A stretch of DNA of 63,618 bases, filler included, from Chiloscyllium plagiosum (Eukaryota), in assembly GCF_004010195.1 (NCBI RefSeq). It is 3 parts of one record of this genome, joined end to end, with 100 filler letters (N's around TTAATTAATTAA, not from the genome) between each part and the next. Parts side by side here need not be neighbours in the genome. Positions count along the whole stretch, not along the records: positions 1 to 29,350 come from NC_057715.1; 2 more parts are not named here. The stretch is one strand, 5' to 3'. Under the pieces are notes generated by a model. It saw only the letters and a list, made by a program, of their open reading frames with translations. It was not told the DNA's origin and made no database searches. The position numbers and the translations under genes were made by a program. Shown in pieces: positions 1-12,548 of the stretch (the stretch's first letter is position 1; each line of letters begins with the position of its first letter).

Positions 1-924
1 AAGTTTGCCGATGATACGAAGATAGGTGGACAGGCAGGTAGTACTGAGGAAGTGGGGAGGCTGCAGAAGGGTCTAGACAGTTTGGGAGAGTGGTCCAGGA
101 AATGGCTGATGAAGTTCAATGTGAGCAAATGCGAGGTCTTGCACTTTGGAAAAAAGAATACAAGCATGGACTACTTTCTAAACGGTGAGAAAATTCATAA
201 AGCCAAAGTACAAAGGGATCTGGGAGTGCTAGTCGAGGATTCTCTAAAGGTAAACATGCAGGTTGAATCTGTGATTAAGAAAGCGAATGTTGTCATTTAT
301 CTCAAGAGGGTTGGAATATAAAAGCAGCGATGTGCTGCTGAGACTTTATAAAGCTCTGGTTAGGCCCCATTTGGAGTACTGTGTCCAGTTTTGGGCCCCA
401 CACCTCAGGAGGGACATACTGGCACTGGAGCGTGTCCAGTAGAAATTCACACGGATGATCCCTGGAATGGTAGGTCTAACATACGAGGAACGGCTGAGGA
501 TCCTGGGATTGTACTCATTGGAGTTTAGAAGGTTAAGGGGAGATCCAATAGAAACTTACAAGATAATACATGGCTTGGAAAGGGTGGACGCTAAGAAATT
601 GTTTTCGTTAGGCGGGGAGACTAGGACCCGTGGGCACAGCCTTAAAATTAGAGGGGGTCAATTCAGAACAGAAATGCGGAGACATTTCTTCAGCCAGAGA
701 GTGGTGGGCCTGTGGAATTCATAGCCGCGGAGTGCAGTGCAGGCTGGGACGCTAAATGTCTTCAAGGCAGAGATTGATAAATTCTTGATGTCACAAGGAA
801 TTAAGGGCTACGGGGAGAATGCAGGTAAGTGGAGTTGAAATGCCCATCAGCCATGATTAAATGGCGGAGTGGACTCGATGGGCCGAATGGCCTTACTTCC
901 ACTCCTATGTCTTATGGTCTTATG
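1..924 (+). mobile_element. CR1 LINE, 3' part of ORF2 (RT C-terminus) and 3' UTR, frameshifted
   Basis: Starts in KFADDTK RT motif; CR1-typical W..KWLMKFNVSKC, QRDLGV, YEERL..LGLYSLE.RRLRGD; ends in (tcttatg)n-like tail. Confidence 0.95.
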
Positions 925-1130
925 TGACTCTAGACTCATGGCAATGTGGTTGATTCTTATTTGATCTCTGAAATGGTCTAACAAGTTGCATGAAACTGCC
1001 ACTAAAAAGATGACACCACAAGGACTACAGCAGCTTAAGATGATGTCTCACACCAACTTTTCGAAAGGTTTAGGCAAGCGCAATAAATGCTGCACTTTCC
1101 AATGATACTCTTATCCCAAGAACAAATCAA
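925..1130 (+). mobile_element. old SINE/LINE-tail fragment
   Basis: gcaatgtggttgattctt and caataaatgct blocks shared with copies at about 15560-15875 and 47100-47215. Confidence 0.55.
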
Positions 1131-1408
1131 GTATCAGCAAATGCTGAGGATACATTGGAAAAGTGCATAAACTGCTACACAAATGCCTGGATTTTTTGTC
1201 AATGAGACAGGAATAGGGATTCAGGACGCCCCACAATCCTACCTCTATCCTGGATGAGGTCCTCTGCTCTATTTAAATTTCTGGGAGATAGGCATGAGCT
1301 GGATGCAGGTCTTCTGTCTCTGAAATCAGACCAATGGAAGAAAAAGACCCAGAGACCGAGATGAGCCAAGGCAGACGTGACTTTGTTTTGAGGCCTGTCT
1401 CCATGTAT

Positions 1409-1770
1409 CATAGAGTCTTGGAGTTTTCAAGTCATAGAGTCCTACAGCATGGAGACAGGCCCTTCGGCTCAAACTGGTCCATACCAACCAAAATGTCCAC
1501 CCACGCTAATCCCATTTCCCTGCATTTGGCCCATATCCTTCTAAACCTTTCCTATCCATGTACTTGTCCAAATGCTTTTTAAATGTTGTTAATGCAGCTG
1601 CCTCAACCACTTGCGCCAGCAGCTCATTCCATATGCATACCATCCTCTGCGTAAAATAGTTGTCCCTCAGGGTGCCTTCTATTCTTTCCCCTCTAACCTT
1701 AAACTGATGCCCTCCAGTCCTCGAGTCCCCAACCCTGGGAAGAAGACTGAGTGCATTCACTTTATCCATA
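1409..1770 (-). mobile_element. CR1 LINE 3' end (5'-truncated)
   Basis: ORF 1506..1769 gives SRTGGHQFKVRGE..FTQRMV.IWNEL, the CR1 ORF2 C-terminus; ctatga-type tail. Confidence 0.9.
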
Positions 1771-2689
1771 GATCAGGACATCGGCAGCTTGAAACAAGAA
1801 ATAAAGCAGTGCAGATCAATTTATGGCACACATCATGGAATTTGTTGCATTGTGATGGCCAGGCAGGGGAAATGCTATTGCATTATGTGCTTTGGATACT
1901 ATTTACCTCAAACCCTCCTCACCTATATAGATACAATTCAGTTTTTGTGTGACAGCTGTTTGTCCTTCCGATGTGCAACACTTTACATTCATGCAACAAA
2001 TTTTGTTTGTCATATTAACAGATTTTGTTTCTAATTGTCAGCTGCTTTCTCATGCCTGAGTGCTCCCACCTGCATTTTAGTTTTATTTATAAATTTTATC
2101 AAATTAACACTAAGCCTCTGACTCCAAATCAGTGATCCACACTCAAAATAGTCAGACCCCAGCGCTAATCTCTGGGCACAACATTTAGTAACTCCGCCCC
2201 ACCTGACCTTGCTCTCCTAACAACTGAATGTGGCCTTTCATTTAACCAATACCTTATTGAATTCAGAATTTTAGCTCTTCTATGACAGAATGATATTAAT
2301 CTTGGCATCAATGAATTCACTCAGCTACATTCAATGGCATTTCTGTTTGTCTATGGTTATCAATACTTATTAAAAGAAAAGAATGGTGTTTAAACAATAT
2401 TTTCTTTGCAAAATATTTCCAAGTATTGGAGAAGAATGCAATAATTATCTTACTGAAGTTCTAAATATGATCTGCTGGAATTATAAATATTGATCAGCTT
2501 TTTATTGACAGGTTTCCATATTGAATTGATTGCTGAGAATAAAATCAACCTACCCCATGCCAAATTTAATGGGTGTATGTACACAAAGAGTTTATTTATT
2601 TCCTTGAAGTAGTCTGACTTCTTTTTTTGCAGATCATGCTAATTTGTAAGGATCTTGAGTTGTAAGATGAAACAACACTTACGCTGTTC

Positions 2690-2812
2690 AGATTTGAACG
2701 AAGGAGCAGTGATCCAAAAGCCTGTACTTTCAAATAAACCTGTGGGCTATAACCTGGTGTTGTGTAATTTGTAACTTTGTCCACCACAGTCCAACATCAG
2801 GACCTCCACATT
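2690..2812 (+). mobile_element. Penelope-like terminal fragment (family 2), degenerate hammerhead
   Basis: gaaggagcagtgatccaaaagc...ctataacctggtgttgtg matches copies at about 42085-42240 and 44160-44390. Confidence 0.65.
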
Positions 2813-2939
2813 ACTTTTTTTTCACTTAAACAGCTTGATCAAGTTTGGAGACTACATTATTTTTTTCTGCGCTTTAATTCTGTATAATTATTTGCATGAT
2901 TTTGATGGCATAGCCATTGGTTAATGGCATGCAGATTGT

Positions 2940-3240
2940 TACTGGACCTTGGAATGTGCCAGTCTGCAACACCCAGTCGAGGTCAACTCCTTGTTCTGGA
3001 AGACCAACCAGTTTTTGGGCAGACCAAAGAACATCTTTCACAGAGTTGATGGTCCTCCAGGCACAGTTGATGATTGTCTCAGTGTGTGAACCAGGGAACA
3101 GACCGTAGAGCGCAGAGTGCTTTGTCACGGAGCTGCTCTGGACGAACCCCAACAAAAACCATTGCACCTTTCTCCTGACTTCCTTTGCAAAGGTACATTC
3201 CACTAGAAGATGTTTGACATCTCTACGCTCCCCACCTCCC
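2940..3240 (-). mobile_element. Tx1-type (L1 clade) non-LTR retrotransposon ORF2 C-terminal fragment
   Basis: VKHLLVECTFAKEV..LYGLFPGSHTETIINCAWRTINSVKDVLWSA resembles the Cys/His-containing C-terminus of Tx1-type ORF2. Confidence 0.75.
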
Positions 3241-3257
3241 CCAAGAAATAACAACAG

Positions 3258-6170
3258 CATATGAATGCATGGCTGAGGAGCTGGTGTATGAAAGGATTCA
3301 CATTTTCGGATCATGAGAATCTCTTTTGGTGTAGAAGTGACCTGTACAAAAAGGATAGATTGCACTTGAATTGGAAGGGGACTAATATACTGGCAGGGAG
3401 ATTTGCTAGAGCTGCTCAGGAGGATTTAAACTAGCAATGTTTGAGGGGAGGGGGTAGGATCCAGGGAGATAGTGAGGAAAGAGATCAACCTGAGACTGGT
3501 ATAGTTGAGAACAGAAGTGAGTCAAACAGTCAGGGCAGGCAGGGACAAGGCAGAGAACAAAGTAGGACTGATAAATTAAACTGCATTAATTTCAATGCAA
3601 GGGGTCTAACAGGGAAGGCAGATGAACTCAGGGCATGGTTAGGAACATGGGACTGAGATATCACAGCAATTACAGATACATGGCTCAGGGATGGACAGGA
3701 CTGGCAGCTTAATGTTCCAGGATACAAATGCTACAGGAAGGATAGAAAGGGAGGCAAGAGAGGAGGGGGAGTGGTGTTTTTGATAAGGGATAGCATTACT
3801 GCTGTACTAAGGGAGGATATTCCCAGAAATACTTCCAGGGAAATTATTTGGGTGGAACTGAGAAATAAGAAAGGGATGATCTTTCCTACTCTTGACCTAC
3901 TCTTGGGAAATAAGGCAGGGCAGGTGACTGAGGTGTCAGTGGGGGAGCACTTTGGGGCCAGCGACCATAATTCTATTAGATTTAAAATAGTGAAAGACTA
4001 TAAAAAGATAGACCAGAGCTAAAAGTTGAAATTCTAAATTGGAGAAAGGCCGAGTTTGACAGTATTAGGCAAGAACTTTCAAAAGCTGATTGGGGGCACA
4101 TGTTCGCAAGTAAAGGGACGGCTGGAAAATGGGAAGACTTCAGAAATGAGATAACGAGAGTCCAGCGACAGTATATTCCTGTCAGGATGAAAGGGAAGGC
4201 TGGTAGGTATAGGGATGACTAAAGAAATTGAGGGTTTTTTTAAGAAAAAGAAGGAAGTATATGTCAGCTATAGACAGGATAGATCGAGTCAACCCTTAGA
4301 GGAGTGTAAAGGCAGTAGGAGTATACTTATGTGGGAAATCAGGAGGGCAAAAAGTGGACATGAGATAGCTTGGCAAATAGAATTAAGGAGAATCCAATGG
4401 GTTTTCACAAATACATTAAGGACAAAAGGATAACTGGGGAGAGAATAGGGCCCCTCAAAGATCAGCAAGGCGGCCTTTGTGTGGAACCTCAGAAAATGGG
4501 GAGATAGTAAACGAGTATTTTGCATCAGTATTTACTGTGGAAAATGACATGGAGGATATAGATTGTAGGGAAATAGATGGTGACATCTTGCAAAATGTCC
4601 ATATTATGGAAGAGGAAGTGCTAGATGTCTTGAAATGCATAAATGTGGATAAAGCCCCAGGACCTGATCAGGTGTACCCAAGAACTCTGTGGGAAGCTAG
4701 AGAAGTTATTGCTGGGCCTCTTGCTGAGATATTTGTATTATCGATAGTCACAGGTGAGATGCCGGAAGACTGGAGGTTGGCTAACGTGGTGCTACTGTTT
4801 AAGAAGGGTGGTAAGGACAAACCAGGGAACTATAGACCAGTGAGCCTGACGTCGGTGGTGGGCAAGTTGTTGGAGAGAATCCTGAGGGACAGAATGTACA
4901 TGTATTTGGAAAGGCAAAGACCGATTAGGGATAGTTAACATGGTTTTGTGCCTGGGAAATCATGTCTCACAAACTTGATTGAGTTGTTGAAGAAGTAATG
5001 AAGAGGATTGATGAGGGCAGAGCGGTAGATGTGATCTATTTGGACTTCAGTAAGGCGTTCGACAAGGTTCCCCATGGGAGACTGATTAGCAAGGTTAGAT
5101 CTCATGGAATACAGGGAGAACTAGCCATTTGGATACAGAACTTGCTCAAAGATAGAAGACAGAGGGTGATGGTGGAGGGTTGTTTTTCAGACTGGAGGCC
5201 TGTGACCAGTGGAGTGCCACAAGGATCAGTGCTGGGTTCTCTACTTTTCATCATTTATATCAATGATTTGGATGTGAGCATAAGAGGTACAATTAGTAAG
5301 TTTGCAGATGACACCAAAATTGGAGGTGTAGTGGACATTGAAGAAGGTTATCTCAGATTACAACAGGATCTTGATCAGATGGGCCAATGGGCTGAGAAGT
5401 GGTAGATGCAGTTTAATTCCGATATAAATGCGAGGTGCTGCTTTTTGGGAAAGCAAATCTTAGCAGGACTTATAGGCTTAATGTGTATAAAGAGTCATAA
5501 CAAAGAGACCTTGGAGTGCAGGTTCATAGCTCCTTGAAAGTGGAGTTGCAGGTAGATAGGATAGTGAAGAAGGCGTTTGGTATGCTTTCCTTTATTGGTC
5601 AGAGTATTGAGTATAGTAATTGGGAGGTCATGTTGCGGCTATAGACGACATTAGTTAGGCCACTGTTGAAATATTGCGTGCAATTCTGGTCTCCTTCCTA
5701 TTGGAAAGATGTTGTGAAACTTGAAAGGGTTCAGCAAAGATTTACAAGGATGTTGCCAGGATTGGAGGATTTGAGCTATAAGGAGAGGCTGAACAGTCTG
5801 GAGCTGTTTTCCCTGGAACATCAGAGGCTGAGGGGAGACATTATAGAGGCTTACAAAATAATGAGGGGCATGGATAAGATAAATAGCTAAAGTCTTTTCC
5901 CTGGAGTGAGAGAGTCCAGAACTAGAGGGCATAGGTTTAGGGTGAGAGGGAAAAGATATAAAAGAGACCTAAGGGGCAACTTTTTCATGTAGAGGTTGGT
6001 GCGTGTACAGAATGAGCTGCCAGAAGAAGTGGTGGAGGCTGGTACAATTGCAACATTTAAAAGGCATCTAGATGGGTAGATGGGACTAGATTGGGTTGGG
6101 ATATCTGGTCAGCATGGACGGGTTGGACCGAAGGGTCTGTGTCCATGCTGTACATCTCTATGATTCTATA
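3258..6170 (+). mobile_element. CR1 LINE, ORF1 C-terminus + ORF2 (APE endonuclease, RT), decayed, internal deletion near 3880
   Basis: DRLHLNWKG (SGNH esterase-like ORF1 end), NARGL EN start, PGPDQ, NYRPVSLTS, YLDFSKAFDKV, GVPQGSVLG, KFADDTK; ctatga tail. Confidence 0.95.
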
Positions 6171-6965
6171 TGTTTGTATAACACTGTTAATTTTAGCGTT
6201 GTTCTGAGGCATTTCATAGGAACAAAGTACAATACCAAGTCACGTATTAGGACAGATTACAAAATGCTTGTTGGGCGTAGATCTTTAAGGAGCATATTAA
6301 AAAAGAAACGTGAGTTAAAGTGGCAGTGAAGTTTTGGGACATTTTTCCAGATTATATGGCAATGACAACTAAAGATGCAGCCAACATTGGGAGGCACAAG
6401 AGGCCAGCATTAAGGGACTGTAGATATTATGGAGCTCTGTGGGACTGGAGGAGATCAGAAATTAGGTAAGGATGAAACCATAGAGTGAAGTGGTCCATGG
6501 TGACTGAACAGCTTGTGGATGGGAATGAGATAGTCAGAAGCCATCAGACCTCTAGAAAGAGAGGTGCTCTCTCTCTCACTCACTCTCTCTCTGTGTCTGT
6601 GAAACAAAATAAACCCTAAAGCTTGCTGTTAATGTAAGGTGGTACTTTTAACCAGTAAGCCAGAGACTTATGAGTTGTGAACCAGTTGCTCTGTGCCCTC
6701 CTGCAAGCAAGTCTAAAGTACCTGGAGGAGACAGGTACAATGAACAATAAGTCCTAACAAGCGAAAGGGAGCATCTCAGTGAACTCTGTTGACAGGGAAC
6801 ATTGAACTGCCTTCCCAGGTTTTCCCTCCATTGATGATATCAATGTTGCTTTTGTCTGTATGTGTGTACAATGGGAGTTCATGCGGCATTCAGAGTTTTA
6901 ACCAATAGAGTTGTATATCAAGAGTTCACAGTTATTTCCTTGTAGCTGGAACTTATTTGTAGTAA

Positions 6966-7055
6966 ATATCAATTTCTGTTAAGTACAGAAACCTTTCTGT
7001 CAACCTTGGTATATCAATTTCTGTTAAGTACAGAAACCTTTCTGTCAACCTTGGT
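6966..7055. repeat. perfect 45-bp tandem duplication
   Basis: atatcaatttctgttaagtacagaaacctttctgtcaaccttggt at 6966-7010 and 7011-7055. Confidence 0.95.
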
Positions 7056-7137
7056 CTAAGAGGAAGGTAAATTGGGAGTTTTTGCATTCTTTGATAAAAA
7101 GTTTTAACTTTTGTGTTGACTTTGGGAATAGTGGAGC

Positions 7138-7270
7138 TTGAATTGAATTGAATCAGCATTATTGTCATATGTACTGACATGAGTACAATGTAAAGTTTAC
7201 AAGTTGCCACTTACAGTACCATACTAGGTATCAAGGTATTGATTCTAAAGTGCAAATTCTTAGGGAGGAA
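7138..7270 (-). mobile_element. non-LTR retrotransposon 3' end (possibly Rex/Babar-like)
   Basis: (caatt)n tail and gtacatRtgacaataa block; related copy at about 39780-39932 (+). Confidence 0.45.
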
Positions 7271-8391
7271 GAAAGAAAAACAAAGAAATAATAAGTTCAG
7301 AATAGCAGTCCTTCCAAGAAAGTATAATAAAAATAGGGAAAAAAAAGATTTTTTTTACCTGTGAGAGATGTAACACTGGATATTTCACTGGATTAATTTA
7401 TCTACTCAAGTTCTGGAATGTGACAACCTCCCAACCCAGTGACAACAGTGCAACCAACTGAACTGCAGCAGCTATTCTTATAAATAAACAAAAATAATTT
7501 TCATAGATACTGCCACAAGTCAACTATTTTGTCCCTGAAATCATACAGGTTGGGTATTATCACAATAAAAATTTCTTGCATCACTTTCTTCTTTAAATAA
7601 ATAACACACACATTGATATGCCTTGAAACAAAGCTTCCTTTGACTACAAATCAATAACTGAATAAATCATAATGGAGATTAAAACCCCAAACTCCCCTTT
7701 TGTTAAAGTTGTTACAACAGGGTCGGTACTGGTCACAGCATAAAGGATTTCTCTGACCAACATGGTGGTCAGCCATGAATTCTCTCAGAGCAAGCTGGAT
7801 TATGAACTGGGGCCCAACATAAAATTCCACCAAAGTAAAATAGAATATTTCCTGCATTGAATTTAACAATGATGTCACTGTCCTTAAAGTACAGCCAACA
7901 CACTTGAAGAGAAGAACATAGGTCATGCACCCCTGTTCCCTTGGGTTGGGCTAGTGATTCTCCAAAGAACTTGTATTTCGGGGAGAAAAGAATGTTCTGG
8001 TTTACATGTCCTTTATTTTAACTTTCTTCCTCTGTTTCCTCGGTTATTTATTCAGCTGGTGAATCTGGTTAATAACAGCATTTGTTTATTCACTTCAGGG
8101 ATTTCAATGAAACGATTGCAGTGAAGCTGCACCCATCAAGCTTCACTTCCTACTTTTCTGAACAGGAAACGTACTGCTCTCCTCTTACAGGCGCGGCTAT
8201 CGCAGGCAGGCAAACATGTCGCTTGCCTCTTTTTTTTAACTGAATCCATTTTTTTTAAAGGAGATCCAAACTCCCAAGTCACAAAGGACACAGGACTGCC
8301 TTCGATTTGAAGAGGTTGGTCTTTCGTTACAGTGGGAGAAAAGCAGAAAGGTCTATTTCAATGTGATGGTGCGACAATGTCAACAGCATTG

Positions 8392-8700
8392 TGGGCGGCA
8401 CGGAGGCACAGTGGTTAGCACTGCTGCCTCACAGCGCCAGAGACTCGTGTTCAATTCCCGCCTTAGGTGACTGACTGTGTGGAGTTTGCACGTTCTCCCC
8501 GTGTTTGTGTGGGTTTCCTCCGGGTGCTCTGGTTTCCTCCCATAGTCCAAAGATGTGCAGGTCAGGTGAATTGGCCATGCTAAATTGCCCATAGTGTTAG
8601 GTAAGGGGTAAATGTAGGGGTATGGGTGGGTTGCGCTTCGGCGGGTCGGTGTGGACTTGTTGGGCCGAAGGGCCTGTTTCCACACTGTAATGTAATCTAA
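8392..8700 (+). mobile_element. HE1-type V-SINE (tRNA-derived)
   Basis: ggcacagtggttagcactgctgcctcacagcgccag head with A/B boxes; V-domain tgtgtggagtttgcacgttctccccgtg...ggtttcctccca; CR1-like tail. Confidence 0.93.
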
Positions 8701-10574
8701 AGCACACAGTCTCGGTTTATTTAAGGGATCACTGTAAGCTCCTTCCTCTTCCAGTCCAGCTGAGTTGCTGACTGGTAGGTATCTAGAAAGTTACACAAAT
8801 GTTGAAAGGTTTTATTTTTAACTTTGACTGAAAGGCTGTAAAGGTGTAAAAATGAAATGTAGATTCATTGCAACCTCGTGAAAAAGTTCAAACTGTCAAA
8901 GGGAGAGAAAAACCTTTTGGTTCATCTTCTGCTGTTAGATTAAGTTTGAAAACAACCTCAGAGGGCAATACATTACATGGCATTGTGTCCAATAAAACCT
9001 AGCATTTTCTACACCAATTTTGGCCTTTGCTGTGCAATACAATTTACTGTTGTAATCCCTGTTGATGGAGACAAACATGGTTGGGCTTTTGAAATATATT
9101 TGATGCAAACTGTGAAATAGAGTTATAATATAAAATTGAATGTGGCATAAGTCTCCCATTAAGATCTTGATTAAATATATGCATTTACTATTTAGCGGTC
9201 AACCTTTTTTGTTGTCCAAATAATTGTTCACATCAACTTTCACACCACATGGAAAAGTGTACATCCCATTTTGAAGTGCCAAATATGCTGAGTCCATCAC
9301 ATTTATCTGATTGATACAAGTAATTACTATCTGCTAATGACTGAGCTTATTCACTCAAATGTAACTGATAAGAAAAGCTCCTCATCACAATCCACCAATC
9401 GATACAAAGCCAATTAAGGAAATCATTTAATTATTTTATCCAAGCAGCCCATCAGAAATAAACAAAAATCAATCAATAAAGCCACTAAAATGATTTCTTT
9501 ACGTTGTTTTCAGTCACCTGCCTTAATTAAATCAGTGTAAACCGATAAAAGGGGCATTTATAAAATAACAGATCATTAAAATTTGCACAATTTTCCACAT
9601 AGTGGGTTAATTCCTTAAGGTAGGAGTTGAGCAGTCAGTCACTGGGAATTGTACATCTGAGATTAAGATTCCCATCCACCAAATGTCTGCAGAGTTTGCA
9701 AGTAAATTTTATTTCAACTGCGTCCTCCCTGCAAAATGCAGTTTATTGTTCCTTGAAGCAGTTTCTGATCTTTGGAAAGAAGTATTGAACAATCATACCA
9801 CTGCCCACCCGTACCAGTACCCACAAGGTCAGTGGTGAAAGGCACACTACGTATTGAGATATCTTGCACAGATTGTTATTTCAAAGGGAATAATGTGCAG
9901 GCTTAAAGTCAAAAAAATCATGTGTATGGTACTAAATGAAATGCTCATTCAGAGAGCCAGTCTGAACATGGTGGGCCAAATGGCCCCCTCCTGCAACGAA
10001 TACTTCTGAGATTCTGTGATTTTGTCTCACCCATGCATCAATGTGTGAAGGAATTGCTACTGCGCAAGCAGAATTGTATCCAATAGCACAGAAAGATTGT
10101 GCAGGAAGAATTTGCAAAAGTTCAGTGGAACAGGGGATCCTGAAAGAAGAGGAGTTCTTTAGTGAAGCTATTAGAATATTATCTTTGGTGTAACACCAAA
10201 GAGTGACTGGATATTCAAATGCAGGTCGCAAAGTCCAGTGTTATTTAGTAGCTCAGCACAAAATAAATATTGCTGGGGGAAGGGGAGCTGCAGTAAATAA
10301 GCAGCAATAACAATGTTTCAGAAAACAAGATGCTACAAATGCTAAAAACCTGAAATGCAAACAAATACAAAGTGGTGAAAATAGTTCAGAGGCGAGACAA
10401 CATCTGCTGTAGGAGAAAGAAACAGACTAAAGTCAGGACTTTAATTCTTGGGCTGGACCCAGGCTGATTTCTCCACAGGATCTGATCCTACAGGGAGAGT
10501 TCTTGACACGTCAGCCTGGTCTTGTAAAATTTTATTTTTTGACCCAGGAGTGTTATTATGTACAACTGAGAGCC

Positions 10575-10790
10575 TAAAGGTAACATTGTTGTAGTCTTAC
10601 AAAACCACAGGGCTTCTCTCTCTAATGAGAGAGGCAATTGCTGGTGGAGAATCACATCTCTGATGAGGGGAGAGCTTGAGATGTAGATTCCTTCACAGTT
10701 AACTCAGCTGGTGTGAAAATTGAACCCATGACATTGGTCTTACTAAGCATTGCATATCAGCTGTCCAGTCAAGTGAGCTAACCACCCACT
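10575..10790 (-). mobile_element. old tRNA-derived SINE
   Basis: Minus strand shows A-box-like tagctcacttga and B-box-like ggttcaatt. Confidence 0.55.
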
Positions 10791-11374
10791 CCGTAAGCTT
10801 TTTTTTATTATTGAATTCTAATTCCACCATCTGCATGGCAGGATTCAACCCCAGGTCCCCAGAACATTAGCTGAATTTATGGCTTAGCAGTTTAGCCATA
10901 GGCCATTGCCTTCCTCCAGTCTGGTGTTTTACAGGTTCAAGTCAGTTAATGGTTGGGGGAGAGCTTGTTGTTCAATTAAGGACAGTGGGCACATTCCTGA
11001 GGATGATGGGCTAATGGAAGGTCTTCCACTACTGGCATATTGGTTGCCCCAATGTCTGACATTGGAGCAGTCAATTCCTAGTGAAGAGGGGTGCCCACTC
11101 CAAGAGATGGCTAACAGCCACAAATGTGGCCCAACTACTATTACATGTTTGGAGCTGAATCGCCTCTCTGATCCATTGCACCATGCAGCCCCCTTTACCA
11201 AATCCTCCAACTCCACCCATTTTTTTGCCCTGTATCTACCATATTGGCCTGTCATATCCTGCATTGCCAACTGAAAATCTAAGTCAGTGTAGAAACATGG
11301 CCTTAAAAGGCTGGCTGGTGCAAGCTGTCATCTGACTGATCAACCTTCACTGAAAATAGCTGGGGGTATCATTG

Positions 11375-11510
11375 GGTCATAGAGTCATACAGCATGGAAA
11401 AAGGCTCTTTGGCCCAACTCATCCAACGCCCACTGTGAAAAGTTGCTCCTCTGATCCTGTTTAAATCTTTCCCCTCTCATCTTAAATCTATCCCATCTAG
11501 TTTTGGACCT
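11375..11510 (-). mobile_element. short CR1 3' end
   Basis: gtcatagagtcatacagcatggaaa tail as in other CR1 copies. Confidence 0.75.
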
Positions 11511-12414
11511 AACATGATATTATTAATGTAATACTCATCCCCAGGTACCAGTTTAAACATTATCATCACTTATATTATCATTATTAACATTATATTAATA
11601 TTCCTTTTCCAGTACAGGTCCAATTTTCTTGGCTGGAACTTTTGTAGGTTTTGATATCACAAGCGCAGAGGAGCAAGGCACCCCTCTAGCATGTCTTGAG
11701 AGGAAGCTTCTACAAGTTAAGCAAGTGGCACTTCCTCCCTATGGGTGTGTACTAACAACACGCTCTACCTGAGAGAGAAAGGTTGAAGTCCCTCAGCCAC
11801 ATCCTGCTTGTTATTGGTGTTGAGTGTCTATGGTTACAATAATGTAGTCCAGGACATTGCTCATATCTGGCATGCACTGAATGTGTTGTACCAGACTTTC
11901 CATGGTGTTTACCAGCATCTCCATGGAGACAACTTGACAAATGTTGGTTAAGTCCTCGATCGTTCAATCCACTTTACCAACTATCTCTGAAAAACCTGTC
12001 AGTTTGCTGCTTCTATGGGTGACTGTGCATTTTCATGAAGTTATTCATAACCAAAACAATGATTGGTGAGCCCCCCCCCATCTCCACATCTTTTGGAATC
12101 TGCGGCTTAACTTTTTCTTTTAGCCACAAGTTGGAAATTTTGCTTGAATCTCAAATTTTGGCAAGTTACATTTCATGTTGACAAAATGTGTGTGACTGTG
12201 ACACACTATGGTGGTTGTGCTTTTTTTAAACTATTTAATATCCAAAGGGTGCTACAACAGTTATTGTGCAAATAAGTAGAAACATTAGAAGTCATATTTA
12301 TATAATAAAAGATTCAAACCAAGAGTCTTCTGAGACAGTAATCAGTCTCCTTTGCATTGAACGCCAGTAATCAAAGCCATAGGGAAATGATTAGGTTATA
12401 TTGATGGTGACGTT

Positions 12415-12548
12415 GTGAAGAAAGTGAGGACTGCAGGTGCTGGAGATCAGATTCAAATAGAGTGGCGCTGGAAAAGCACATCAGGTCAGGCAGCATCTGA
12501 GGAGCAGGAGGATCGATATTACAGGCATAAGTCTTCATCAGGAATGAA
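12415..12548 (-). mobile_element. Penelope-like terminal repeat fragment (family 1)
   Basis: agaaagtgaggactgcaggtgctggagatc...ggcagcatc...cttcatcaggaatg, antisense of the 26880-27017 terminus. Confidence 0.8.

Noticed and set aside
8392..8470. tRNA gene
   Set aside because: tRNA-derived head of an HE1-type SINE; continues into the V-domain and tail
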